Source: Escherichia phage FFH2
Sequence record: KJ190158
Length of the DNA stretch: 64,000 nt
Direction: 5' to 3' (one strand)
Notes under the pieces: model-generated
What the model saw: only the letters and a program-made list of their open reading frames with translations
Database searches by the model: none
Told to the model about the DNA's origin: nothing
Shown: positions 1 through 7,742 of the stretch, piece by piece
Layout of the letters: every line of letters begins with the position of its first letter
How positions within the stretch are numbered: the stretch's first letter is position 1
Translations under genes and position numbers: made by a program

Positions 1-1983
1 TTATTTGATGTTATTCTTTGTATCGATCAGTTCACGGTATTCAATCATAGCAGGAGTGTCCCAATATTTCAAGCCTACATGCTTCAAAAGTGGGTATTTC
101 TTTTCCAATCTTGCAATATAGGCCTTCCCGCATTTAACTCGGTTGGCGATTAAGATTTTGGCACGATGATTTAGCTCACTATGCTTCCACGCGGTGTTAC
201 CTTCCCACTTGTGGAAATGTGGCCGATAATTTCCAAAATCTTGCATGGGAATAATTTTCCCTAATTGTCTATACAGGCTGTCATATGAAGTTTCATTTGC
301 TGCGCGAGTCAGTAAGAATTTCCAAGCATCCTCTTTCAACAAATGTTCCACACTCTTCTCTGTAACATACTGGCAATCAGGATCAGTCCAAAGCAGACGA
401 GATTCTGATACCAGGTACAGATCTTCCCCTTCAGGAATCTGGAGTGCCGCACGCACACGGTCATAATTTTGCTGGTAGATGTTACTCAGCTGTCCCAGCC
501 AACAACTTCCACGTTGGATATCACCCTCATAAGGAATGCAGTGCTTAATCTTCTTGAACTCTGCCTTAGTAATACGCTCACGACGGAAGTAACCATCCTT
601 CTCAAGTTTTTTAACCCAATACCCTGGCTCATAGTGAGTTTTTGTTTCACCTTTCTTTACAGGACGGCGAGGGAGCTCTGATAACAATTTGACCGTATCT
701 GCAAAGAACGGGTGGTGTGCCGCTTCTTTAAACTCTTCCACCCGATCCGTGTTACGGCAATAGAAAACGTTGCGTCCGGTGATCTCGCTTAAGTAGTTAC
801 ACTTATTTCGGTTATATTTGCCGTCTCCGTCGTTAAATACAAGGTATACACCTCGTAAGAACTCCGACTTTCCGTAACGAGCATAGCCTATGCGGCCTTT
901 ATTTAAGCCGCCAGCGAAAATTTCACAATCGCCTAAGTCGCCAAGCCCTGTTTCTTCCCAACGGTTCCACATAAAGTTTTTGCCGAAGATGTGTCCGAAC
1001 ACTCCACTGTTCTTCATCATCTCACGTGCTTCTGAGGATGTTTTTGCTGTCTCCAATTCCGCAACAACTTCTGCCCCACGAAGACGTATACCTTCTTTGA
1101 CAAAGGCCTCCAGGCGATCCTGGAATCCACCATCGTCGTGCCCCTCTATGGTCCATTCGCGCCCAGGGTTAATATTGCAATCCCCGATAGGGATCTCTAC
1201 ACAGATTGCAGGGTAGTCTGTCAATGTTTCCAGAAACTTAGAGCGGTAAGGTTGGTGTCCCATCACCACACGGCTCTCATCAGAGCTGGTATAACCTTTC
1301 AGGATAGTCATTTTCCAACCATCTTTCTCGTAATGATACTGTGCCTCAACCTTGTCACCTTCTAACATCTTACTGGTCATGGGATCGGTGACGATGAACG
1401 GAAACTTCGCATAGCGTAAGCACGATGCAATAGCAGTGCGATATTTCAGGACATGCTCTTTCTTAACATGGAACTGAACTTTTACCCCGTTGTGCTCTTC
1501 AGTCTTCCGCTCGCGGATCTTGGTAACGTTTGGGATACCCTGATCCAAGAACAATAGATATGTGCTTTCAATACCATTGTGCACACTGATAACATCGAAA
1601 GTGTCCACCATGCTGAACGGAGCCTTTGAACCAACACCTTTATTGCCAACCAGAGCGTTGCTGTTGCGCTTGGTTGACTCACCGAGGTTCATGAAAGTGT
1701 TGCGGACCATCTCTTCTGACATGCCCAATCCAACGTCCTGCACAAAGAAGTATGGTTCAAGGTCTGTAGGAGAGTGAATAATGATCGGCACATCACCCCG
1801 TCCAGACTCAACATGAGAGTCCACAGCATTGAAGATTGGTTCACGGCAGCTTGCCAGCACCTTATCTTCGTAAATCCCTTTAATGATTAGCCCAAAAGTC
1901 TCTTTGTTAAGAGAAATTGAGCCCCTGGTGACCTCCATATTTCCGGTTAGCACTGCTTTAGTTTCATTACTGTTTACAATCAT
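1..1983 (-). CDS. GHKL-superfamily (Bergerat-fold) ATPase domain protein, 660 aa, with ~400-aa uncharacterized C-terminal region
   Basis: Complete ORF (stop at 1-3). N-terminal motifs in GHKL order: EPIFNAVDS (ExxxNAxD), QDVGLGMS (DxGxG), GNKGVGSKA (Gly loop). Start overlaps stop of gene 1980-2480 by 4 nt (ATGA). Confidence 0.6.
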   Translation of the reverse strand: MIVNSNETKAVLTGNMEVTRGSISLNKETFGLIIKGIYEDKVLASCREPIFNAVDSHVESGRGDVPIIIHSPTDLEPYFFVQDVGLGMSEEMVRNTFMNLGESTKRNSNALVGNKGVGSKAPFSMVDTFDVISVHNGIESTYLLFLDQGIPNVTKIRERKTEEHNGVKVQFHVKKEHVLKYRTAIASCLRYAKFPFIVTDPMTSKMLEGDKVEAQYHYEKDGWKMTILKGYTSSDESRVVMGHQPYRSKFLETLTDYPAICVEIPIGDCNINPGREWTIEGHDDGGFQDRLEAFVKEGIRLRGAEVVAELETAKTSSEAREMMKNSGVFGHIFGKNFMWNRWEETGLGDLGDCEIFAGGLNKGRIGYARYGKSEFLRGVYLVFNDGDGKYNRNKCNYLSEITGRNVFYCRNTDRVEEFKEAAHHPFFADTVKLLSELPRRPVKKGETKTHYEPGYWVKKLEKDGYFRRERITKAEFKKIKHCIPYEGDIQRGSCWLGQLSNIYQQNYDRVRAALQIPEGEDLYLVSESRLLWTDPDCQYVTEKSVEHLLKEDAWKFLLTRAANETSYDSLYRQLGKIIPMQDFGNYRPHFHKWEGNTAWKHSELNHRAKILIANRVKCGKAYIARLEKKYPLLKHVGLKYWDTPAMIEYRELIDTKNNIK

Positions 1984-2480
1984 TTATTGCGCTCCTTGTA
2001 GTAGATATGGCTCCCGAATTGAGCTGTCCTCTGCATCTTTTTTGCCCATTTCGGTCGTACTTTGGTTGTATGGTAGTGTGTTGCTCCACCTGTTATGTCC
2101 ATAGCCATGTATGCAACATGGTTGTTATTATAGACCTTTAGAAGCATCTTTGCAAGACTTTTAGCGTGATCCCATGAATCTTTTTCTGTCACCTTAAAAG
2201 TTTTGCCGTGGTTTGTCCACGAAAACTGGTTAGGTTGGTAGACAATCTTTCTTATGGTGTCTGGGTATTTGGGGTGAGATTTCCTGTTTAGGGTGGCAAA
2301 CCCAGATGCCAGCATACCCATCGTGCCATCCCCTCTAGCTTCCCTGTAGATATTGCATGCCAGAATGTTTTCCTTAGTATCTGAGGGCTTGCAAGTATGA
2401 TATACTTTTTGTTTTGGTGCTGCAACAACAGGCAGCGATAAAAATGCGCTCAAAATAATAGCAAAGATCTTAATTTTCAC
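1980..2480 (-). CDS. Secreted cell-wall hydrolase, SleB/CwlJ-like; candidate endolysin
   Basis: N-terminal signal-peptide-like segment MKIKIFAIILSAFLSLPVVAAP; motif NIYREARGDG resembles the SleB-family signature; GGAG RBS 7 nt upstream of ATG. Confidence 0.5.
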   Translation of the reverse strand: MKIKIFAIILSAFLSLPVVAAPKQKVYHTCKPSDTKENILACNIYREARGDGTMGMLASGFATLNRKSHPKYPDTIRKIVYQPNQFSWTNHGKTFKVTEKDSWDHAKSLAKMLLKVYNNNHVAYMAMDITGGATHYHTTKVRPKWAKKMQRTAQFGSHIYYKERNK

Positions 2481-2490
2481 AATAACTCCA

Positions 2491-2516
2491 AATAGAAAAT
2501 CCCCGCCGAAGCGGGG
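2491..2516 (-). terminator. UUCG-tetraloop hairpin (CCCCGC-UUCG-GCGGGG) with U-tract, minus strand
   Basis: Between gene 2530-2910 and the hydrolase gene; hairpin is followed directly by the hydrolase RBS, so it may act as attenuator or processing site. Confidence 0.5.
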
Positions 2517-2529
2517 GAGGTCTTAGAAA

Positions 2530-2910
2530 TTAATCGTAGTGTGCCAAAATCTCTCCATCGTTGCAAGTTCCCTCTACAAAGTTATGAAGATTCATGCACT
2601 CATCTTGATAGAAGAATTTACCGCTTTTCAGCCGTAAGCCAAACAACTCCGCATCTCCACGATGGCAAGCCTCTACAAGTTCATAGATTTCATACGGCAA
2701 CTCTCCGTCGTCATGGAAGAACCCAGCCTTATCGTTGACATAGATGAAGAAATAATCACTGCTATCGCAAGCGTCCAATATTTTAAACCAGATTTCATCT
2801 ACATCTTTTTCTCGGATATCGATCACGCAAGTGGAGCTGCATTCGTACTCCTTCTCCGGCTCCTCGGTCAATACCACCCGGTAATTTCCCCGCTTACCTA
2901 CTTTAGCCAT
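2530..2910 (-). CDS. Hypothetical protein (126 aa)
   Basis: ORF in operon context, followed by UUCG-loop hairpin; no recognisable motif. Confidence 0.45.
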   Translation of the reverse strand: MAKVGKRGNYRVVLTEEPEKEYECSSTCVIDIREKDVDEIWFKILDACDSSDYFFIYVNDKAGFFHDDGELPYEIYELVEACHRGDAELFGLRLKSGKFFYQDECMNLHNFVEGTCNDGEILAHYD

Positions 2911-2919
2911 ACAACCCCC

Positions 2920-4104
2920 TTAAGCTTTAGCTAAAATGGCGCTAAACTCTTCACCAAACTCTTTTACAATCTTCATCAGGTTTGGGTACGCTTTGATCAG
3001 TTGAGCAACGATCTTGTCACGCCCTTTACCGATAAGCAAGGCATTTCCTAAGGCATTAGGTTTCATCATCGCCATAAAGACTGAGAATACAAAATCTCGG
3101 TTCTCGTCCTTGAAGTTTTCCCAAAGGAAATCGAGGAAGTTTGCCACGCAGCTGACAAGATCTTCATCTGAGATACTTGCATTTTCCATCATATTACGAA
3201 TAGCGATACAACCTTCAGATCCAAGAATCCACAAGATGTCTGGCTGTTTAGGACCTACGTATTCTTTGCAACCCCCTGCCATAATCCGACCGATTTCCGG
3301 TAAGTTGCGTTTCTTGGTGTGGTAGGTCCAGATCTCTACCGCTGCAGTGTGACCAATAGCACCTTGCAGAAGAACACGGGCCATAGCGTCAGAAATAATA
3401 CCGCTGTCAAAATCGTGCAAGATGTCAGATGCAGCAACCCAAGATCGTGGTGTGGCAAAAGATGGACAATTAATCTCAGCCATAGCCTCATAATTATCAA
3501 TAGCTGATGGAACTCTTTTCAGATACCCAATCACAGAGGAGTGAACCCCGTTGAGGAATGCGTAGTCCTCAATAAACACCTCTGCATTGCTTGTAACCTC
3601 TACAATGATAAAGCGGTTAGCCAGAGGGGCTTCGAGCGCCGAAAGAACCGCACCATCTGTAGAACGGTTACCAGCAGCCACAAAAACAGAACCTTTAGGG
3701 AATGCATAGGTACCGCACTTGTGGTCAAGCATAATTTGCATTGCAACCTTTTGCAGGTAGTTATCTGCATGAGTGAGCTCATCCAGAAAGATAATTCCGC
3801 TCCAGTTCGGATCTGCAGGCCAAAATTCTGGAATTGCAAACACTGTACGTGTAGTTCCATCAGCTTCTACAGGGATAGGTAGCCCAGATAAGTCGGCAGG
3901 ATCTTTATCTGACAGTCGCACGTCAACAAGGTTGTCATCTCGCTCACCGAACATATTATCAGCGATCTGCTTCATCACCTGGCTTTTACCCACACCCATT
4001 GGTCCCAAAATTAGGACAGATCGGCTATGACGTTGGGCAAACTGAATAATAGCTGGCAACTCACGGACAGTGATTTGACCACTTTCGAATACGTTTCTTG
4101 ACAT
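2920..4104 (-). CDS. MoxR/CbbQ-like AAA+ ATPase (AAA_5-type)
   Basis: Walker A GPMGVGKS and Walker B IIFLDEL in the translation; size and layout typical of MoxR-family ATPases. Confidence 0.7.
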   Translation of the reverse strand: MSRNVFESGQITVRELPAIIQFAQRHSRSVLILGPMGVGKSQVMKQIADNMFGERDDNLVDVRLSDKDPADLSGLPIPVEADGTTRTVFAIPEFWPADPNWSGIIFLDELTHADNYLQKVAMQIMLDHKCGTYAFPKGSVFVAAGNRSTDGAVLSALEAPLANRFIIVEVTSNAEVFIEDYAFLNGVHSSVIGYLKRVPSAIDNYEAMAEINCPSFATPRSWVAASDILHDFDSGIISDAMARVLLQGAIGHTAAVEIWTYHTKKRNLPEIGRIMAGGCKEYVGPKQPDILWILGSEGCIAIRNMMENASISDEDLVSCVANFLDFLWENFKDENRDFVFSVFMAMMKPNALGNALLIGKGRDKIVAQLIKAYPNLMKIVKEFGEEFSAILAKA

Positions 4105-4373
4105 TAGTAAAAGTCCTCTACTTGTGTGTAAGTGTTTTCAAAGTTTTCCAAAACAGATATCACATCGAATCTGTCAATATCATACGTGACTCTCCAGTTG
4201 TACGCAACCCTTTCTGCTGTTGCCTCTTCTGGCGCTAGTCGTCTGCTGGCATAAAAGAGTGTTGGAGTACACTTTCTTGCTTGCCCTCTAACTTTCCCAT
4301 AATAATATCTGTGAATATCTTTGTCAAAATTTAACTCTTTTTCTGCACGAAGTTCATATTGCTGGTACAACAT
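4104..4373 (-). CDS. Hypothetical protein (89 aa)
   Basis: ORF tightly packed in minus-strand operon. Confidence 0.4.
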   Translation of the reverse strand: MLYQQYELRAEKELNFDKDIHRYYYGKVRGQARKCTPTLFYASRRLAPEEATAERVAYNWRVTYDIDRFDVISVLENFENTYTQVEDFY

Positions 4374-4417
4374 CTCTACTACTCCTTAAGCAGCATCCTT
4401 GCCGCCATTCCTGCCCA

Positions 4418-4798
4418 CTAAAATGCAGTCCGAATCCAGACAAGGTTCTTATCTGCCCAATCATAGAGGCAAGTCATTGCACTATTGAATTGCTCACACG
4501 GAGGATAATCTTCTTCCATCTGGCGCATAGCAGAGCCTTGTGGGTAAAGCTCCCGTGCTGCAAACCACGCATCGTAGTCATCCACGGTATCGAAGTAGTA
4601 TACAACATCCTCCAACTCAGGATCGAACTTTGAACTATCAGGATCCAGTTGTTCAGGGAACTTGGAGCGTAACTTGCCAGCCACAATACTTGCCAACTCG
4701 CTAACATGCTTATTGTCCCACTCCACTAGCTTCCCGTCTTCAGTGATGCGTCCTAACCACTGATCATGAAGGTCAACTGTTGTCTTCCACTGAGCCAT
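4418..4798 (-). CDS. Hypothetical protein (126 aa)
   Basis: ORF in operon context. Confidence 0.45.
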   Translation of the reverse strand: MAQWKTTVDLHDQWLGRITEDGKLVEWDNKHVSELASIVAGKLRSKFPEQLDPDSSKFDPELEDVVYYFDTVDDYDAWFAARELYPQGSAMRQMEEDYPPCEQFNSAMTCLYDWADKNLVWIRTAF

Positions 4799-4800
4799 TA

Positions 4801-5058
4801 TCAGTCCACCTCTTCTTCTCGTTGTAGTTCAAGATACCCGTAGGTCTGGACATCTTGAAGGGTGTGGAACTCCCCCTCTGCCGCTAAGGCACGAACAACT
4901 TGGCACAAAACCTTATGAGGAACTTCATCCAAACCTAGATTCAGTGCAGGAAACACCTTATCTAAGTCAACAAAATAAACGAACTGTAGCTCACCAGCTT
5001 CAAAAGGTGTATCTTCAATAAACATCTTCTCGGCATTAGTCAAGATCTGCACTTTCAT
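4801..5058 (-). CDS. Hypothetical acidic protein (85 aa)
   Basis: ORF in operon; 1-nt overlap with upstream gene. Confidence 0.4.
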   Translation of the reverse strand: MKVQILTNAEKMFIEDTPFEAGELQFVYFVDLDKVFPALNLGLDEVPHKVLCQVVRALAAEGEFHTLQDVQTYGYLELQREEEVD

Positions 5059-5414
5059 TATTCTACCTCCTCTTCTTTTTCTTCGGCATTAGTTTCATGG
5101 CTACTCCACTCGGGAGTTTCCACCTCGATAGTAAACTCACGCACTACACGGTAATTGCCCATGAAGCGCTCTACTTCGTCAAGGCTTATGGAGAGGCCAT
5201 TGGCAACCAGGTCTGCAGCACCCTCTTCTACCAGGTAGTCCAGATTGGCCTCCAGAGCCTCAGGTTCAAACCCTGTCAATGCAATCAGATAACCTTCCCC
5301 TTCATCAGGGAGGACAATACAGCCCAATTGATTTTCTTTAAAAAGGCAGTGACCATCATTATTGATTGGGTGTTCATTGCAGTAAATAGCTGCACGATAA
5401 GTAACTTTAGACAT
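5058..5414 (-). CDS. Hypothetical protein; start revised to ATG at 5414 (MSKVTYRA...)
   Basis: AAGGAG RBS 9 nt upstream of ATG at 5412-5414; track start at 5435 lies inside the upstream gene end. First 29 nt shared with an internal site of the plus-strand ORF at 7253-7281. Confidence 0.5.
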   Translation of the reverse strand: MSKVTYRAAIYCNEHPINNDGHCLFKENQLGCIVLPDEGEGYLIALTGFEPEALEANLDYLVEEGAADLVANGLSISLDEVERFMGNYRVVREFTIEVETPEWSSHETNAEEKEEEVE

Positions 5415-5427
5415 CGGTAAGGTCTCC

Positions 5428-5706
5428 TTAGGCAATTGTCATTTTACATTCTTGAAATTTTAACACAAGACGGTGATTGTGTCTAGTGTCTAAAAAGATT
5501 TTTTCAACCATCAGGCACACGGTATAACCGTCCATCTTGTTGACAACAAAATCTCCAGGATGAGGGAGGATGTCTCCCGGATTGGGGAAACATAGTTCAC
5601 TCAGAAAGGCATCGTCAGTGGTGGACTTAATAGATTTCCACACACTGTCTGCCTGAACATGTTCACCGACGTAATATACATTACCACATGCCTTCATCAT
5701 AGTCAA
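5428..5706 (-). CDS. Hypothetical protein (92 aa)
   Basis: ORF in operon, 4-nt overlap with upstream gene. Confidence 0.4.
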   Translation of the reverse strand: MTMMKACGNVYYVGEHVQADSVWKSIKSTTDDAFLSELCFPNPGDILPHPGDFVVNKMDGYTVCLMVEKIFLDTRHNHRLVLKFQECKMTIA

Positions 5707-6602
5707 ACCCTCGCATAAATTAAACTTGTATCAGTATACTTCTTTAATGGGTAAATATCCTGTCCATAGATGCAATCATTAAACACCTCATCTACCCAAA
5801 GGCTACACTTATATCCCATCATTTCTAAAACACCCATCTCTTCTTCGGTAAACTTATCACCGCTCTTGCAAGATGTCAATACCTCATTCTGAACTCTTGC
5901 CACCTCGAAGCGGTTATTGGCAATATCGCTATTGGCGATCAAATACTCACCTAAAGGGTGTGCGGCATTAAAGATGCACAGTGGACGGCTGACGTAATAG
6001 TCTCCGGGTGTATAAAAATTGTTGAGGTCTTTCACTAGAACATTCTTATCAGTCACTTCATTTATAACATCATGCATATCGCACATCTTTATATGTTTGA
6101 GGATTCCATCCCCCATCACAAAATAAAAACTTGCTGAGACACTTTCGGCATAGATCTTACTAGATCCGTTGTAGTTGTATTCTACTCGGATGCTAACGGG
6201 GGTTTTTCCTGTCGCGTTAGCCATCATCCAAAGAAATGGCAGCTCATACTTCTCCTCTGAGGAAACAAAAGGTGAGGTAGCCAGAGATCGAAAACCTCCA
6301 GAGAAGTTGAAAGTTACAGAACCGCTCCGGCGGTATGATACCGCGTATTCTACTTTTATATCGACGTACCCATTGGAATAGGTGTGTCCTTCATTATCTA
6401 AATATGTCCACTTATCAGACCCAGATACCAATCTACGCTCAATAACCTTCATCACTACAGGAATTAGTGGGTTGGTACAAACCGCTTTTGAAGTAGCTTT
6501 ATCATCTAAAGCCTCGTAAATTGCAGAAAGGATGTCCCCAGCTGAAAGATTGGTTGTTATGTCCTGTTTCCACCGCGTACTAAAACTGTTAAGATTTGCC
6601 AT
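5703..6602 (-). CDS. Hypothetical protein (299 aa), first gene of minus-strand early arm
   Basis: AGGAG RBS about 10 nt upstream of ATG; sigma70-like promoter immediately upstream. Confidence 0.55.
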   Translation of the reverse strand: MANLNSFSTRWKQDITTNLSAGDILSAIYEALDDKATSKAVCTNPLIPVVMKVIERRLVSGSDKWTYLDNEGHTYSNGYVDIKVEYAVSYRRSGSVTFNFSGGFRSLATSPFVSSEEKYELPFLWMMANATGKTPVSIRVEYNYNGSSKIYAESVSASFYFVMGDGILKHIKMCDMHDVINEVTDKNVLVKDLNNFYTPGDYYVSRPLCIFNAAHPLGEYLIANSDIANNRFEVARVQNEVLTSCKSGDKFTEEEMGVLEMMGYKCSLWVDEVFNDCIYGQDIYPLKKYTDTSLIYARV

Positions 6603-6642
6603 AAGTAAGTGCTCCTATGTTAGTTTTCTTTCGAATGGGTGC

Positions 6643-6671
6643 ACTATATTGTGGAGTTAGAGTAAAGTCAA
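6643..6671 (-). promoter_or_regulatory. Sigma70-like promoter for minus-strand early arm (-35 TTGACT, 17-nt spacer, -10 TATAGT)
   Basis: Read on minus strand; about 40-nt leader with AGGAG before ATG 6602. Confidence 0.5.
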
Positions 6672-6678
6672 CACGTTT

Positions 6679-7722
6679 TTGATGTTGACATCTGTTGAGA
6701 CAATTGATACGATTTCTTCACTTACAGAGCACGAGAGACGACTCATGAATCTTGAAAAATATTATACACCAGAAGAGTTAGAGCGCTTGCTCAAAAAATA
6801 TAGACGCAAACAGAATAACGCACGGAAACGAGATATAGAGTTCGACCTGTCATGGGAAGAATACCTCCTATTTGGTAAAAAACTTTTAGGAGATGGAGTA
6901 TGCGACTATACCCTTATACCTTTTGACATGCACACAGATGAAAACGGGCTGGGAAATCCTTTCTACCCATCTCTGGAGCGGATAGATGATGAAGGTCCTT
7001 ATGCGGTTGATAACTGTTGTGTGGTGGGATTGAGATGCAACTCTCTAAAGGACTGTCTGGTAGATAAAAAGACTGCAGTCTTGATTAAAGACGAAACTGA
7101 TCGAAAAATTGTCCAGCAGATGATGCTCCACCTGAGCGAAGAGCGTATGGAGAAATTGAAAGGTGATTATACTTTTGAAGATTTCATCTTGCAATATGGA
7201 ACGGAAGAGGATAAACTAGCACTCTTTGACGAAGAAGAGGAGGAAGATATGCTACCGATGTCTAAAGTTACTTATCGTGCACCCAAGAAGCACATTTCCG
7301 ACATTGTAAACGAGCCTATCACAGAAGAGATTGAAGAAATGACGCAACAGGTGCATGAAGAGGAAAAAGAGACTCAGGAGGTCGAAGAGGAGCTTACAGA
7401 AGAGGTTCCTGCACTACCTGATGATGTTGAGATTGCCAAAGCTTACACTTTCTATTGTCAAACGTTCTACGATGTAGGTATGAAAGTTGATCTGTCGTTC
7501 AGCCAATTTAAGAGTTCGTATATTCGCAAATGCTGTGCTTTAACTGGTGAACGTCTTGGAGCTGGACTTAAACCTCTGTTGGTGACCGACTGGAATAAAG
7601 GTTTCACTAAAGGAAACTTTATGGTAGTATCTCCAATTATGGAGAAAGCTATGACAGATCTTATGAAGACCACCCGCATGACAATGACCGAGTTGGCAGG
7701 TATTTTCAAACACGTTAAATAA
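6679..7722 (+). CDS. Hypothetical protein with Cys-containing N-terminal module and acidic linker; real start possibly ATG 6745
   Basis: Track start is TTG inside the -35 element of the predicted plus promoter; first ATG downstream of promoter is 6745. Segment ...IDDEGPYAVDNCCVVGLRCN... weakly recalls a His-Me-finger nuclease core (unverified). Internal in-frame MSKVTYRA shared with gene 5058-5414. Confidence 0.45.
   Translation: MMLTSVETIDTISSLTEHERRLMNLEKYYTPEELERLLKKYRRKQNNARKRDIEFDLSWEEYLLFGKKLLGDGVCDYTLIPFDMHTDENGLGNPFYPSLERIDDEGPYAVDNCCVVGLRCNSLKDCLVDKKTAVLIKDETDRKIVQQMMLHLSEERMEKLKGDYTFEDFILQYGTEEDKLALFDEEEEEDMLPMSKVTYRAPKKHISDIVNEPITEEIEEMTQQVHEEEKETQEVEEELTEEVPALPDDVEIAKAYTFYCQTFYDVGMKVDLSFSQFKSSYIRKCCALTGERLGAGLKPLLVTDWNKGFTKGNFMVVSPIMEKAMTDLMKTTRMTMTELAGIFKHVK
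6685..6713 (+). promoter_or_regulatory. Sigma70-like promoter for plus-strand early arm (-35 TTGACA, 17-nt spacer, -10 TACGAT)
   Basis: -35 elements of the two divergent promoters form inverted repeat GTCAACA-N9-TGTTGAC at 6667-6689. Confidence 0.45.
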
Positions 7723-7727
7723 TAACA

Positions 7728-7742
7728 GGGGCCAATGGCCCC
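7728..7742 (+). terminator. GC hairpin GGGGCC-AAT-GGCCCC, weak terminator or attenuator
   Basis: Between plus-strand genes; U-tract poor; overlaps upstream ATG of vWA ORF. Confidence 0.3.

Noticed and set aside
1-1983. GHKL protein as a sensor histidine kinase or a topoisomerase ATPase subunit
   Set aside because: No recognisable phospho-acceptor or dimerisation region or TM sensor, and no adjacent Toprim or DNA-cleavage subunit in the window; left as a GHKL ATPase of unknown function. An HMM search could overturn this.
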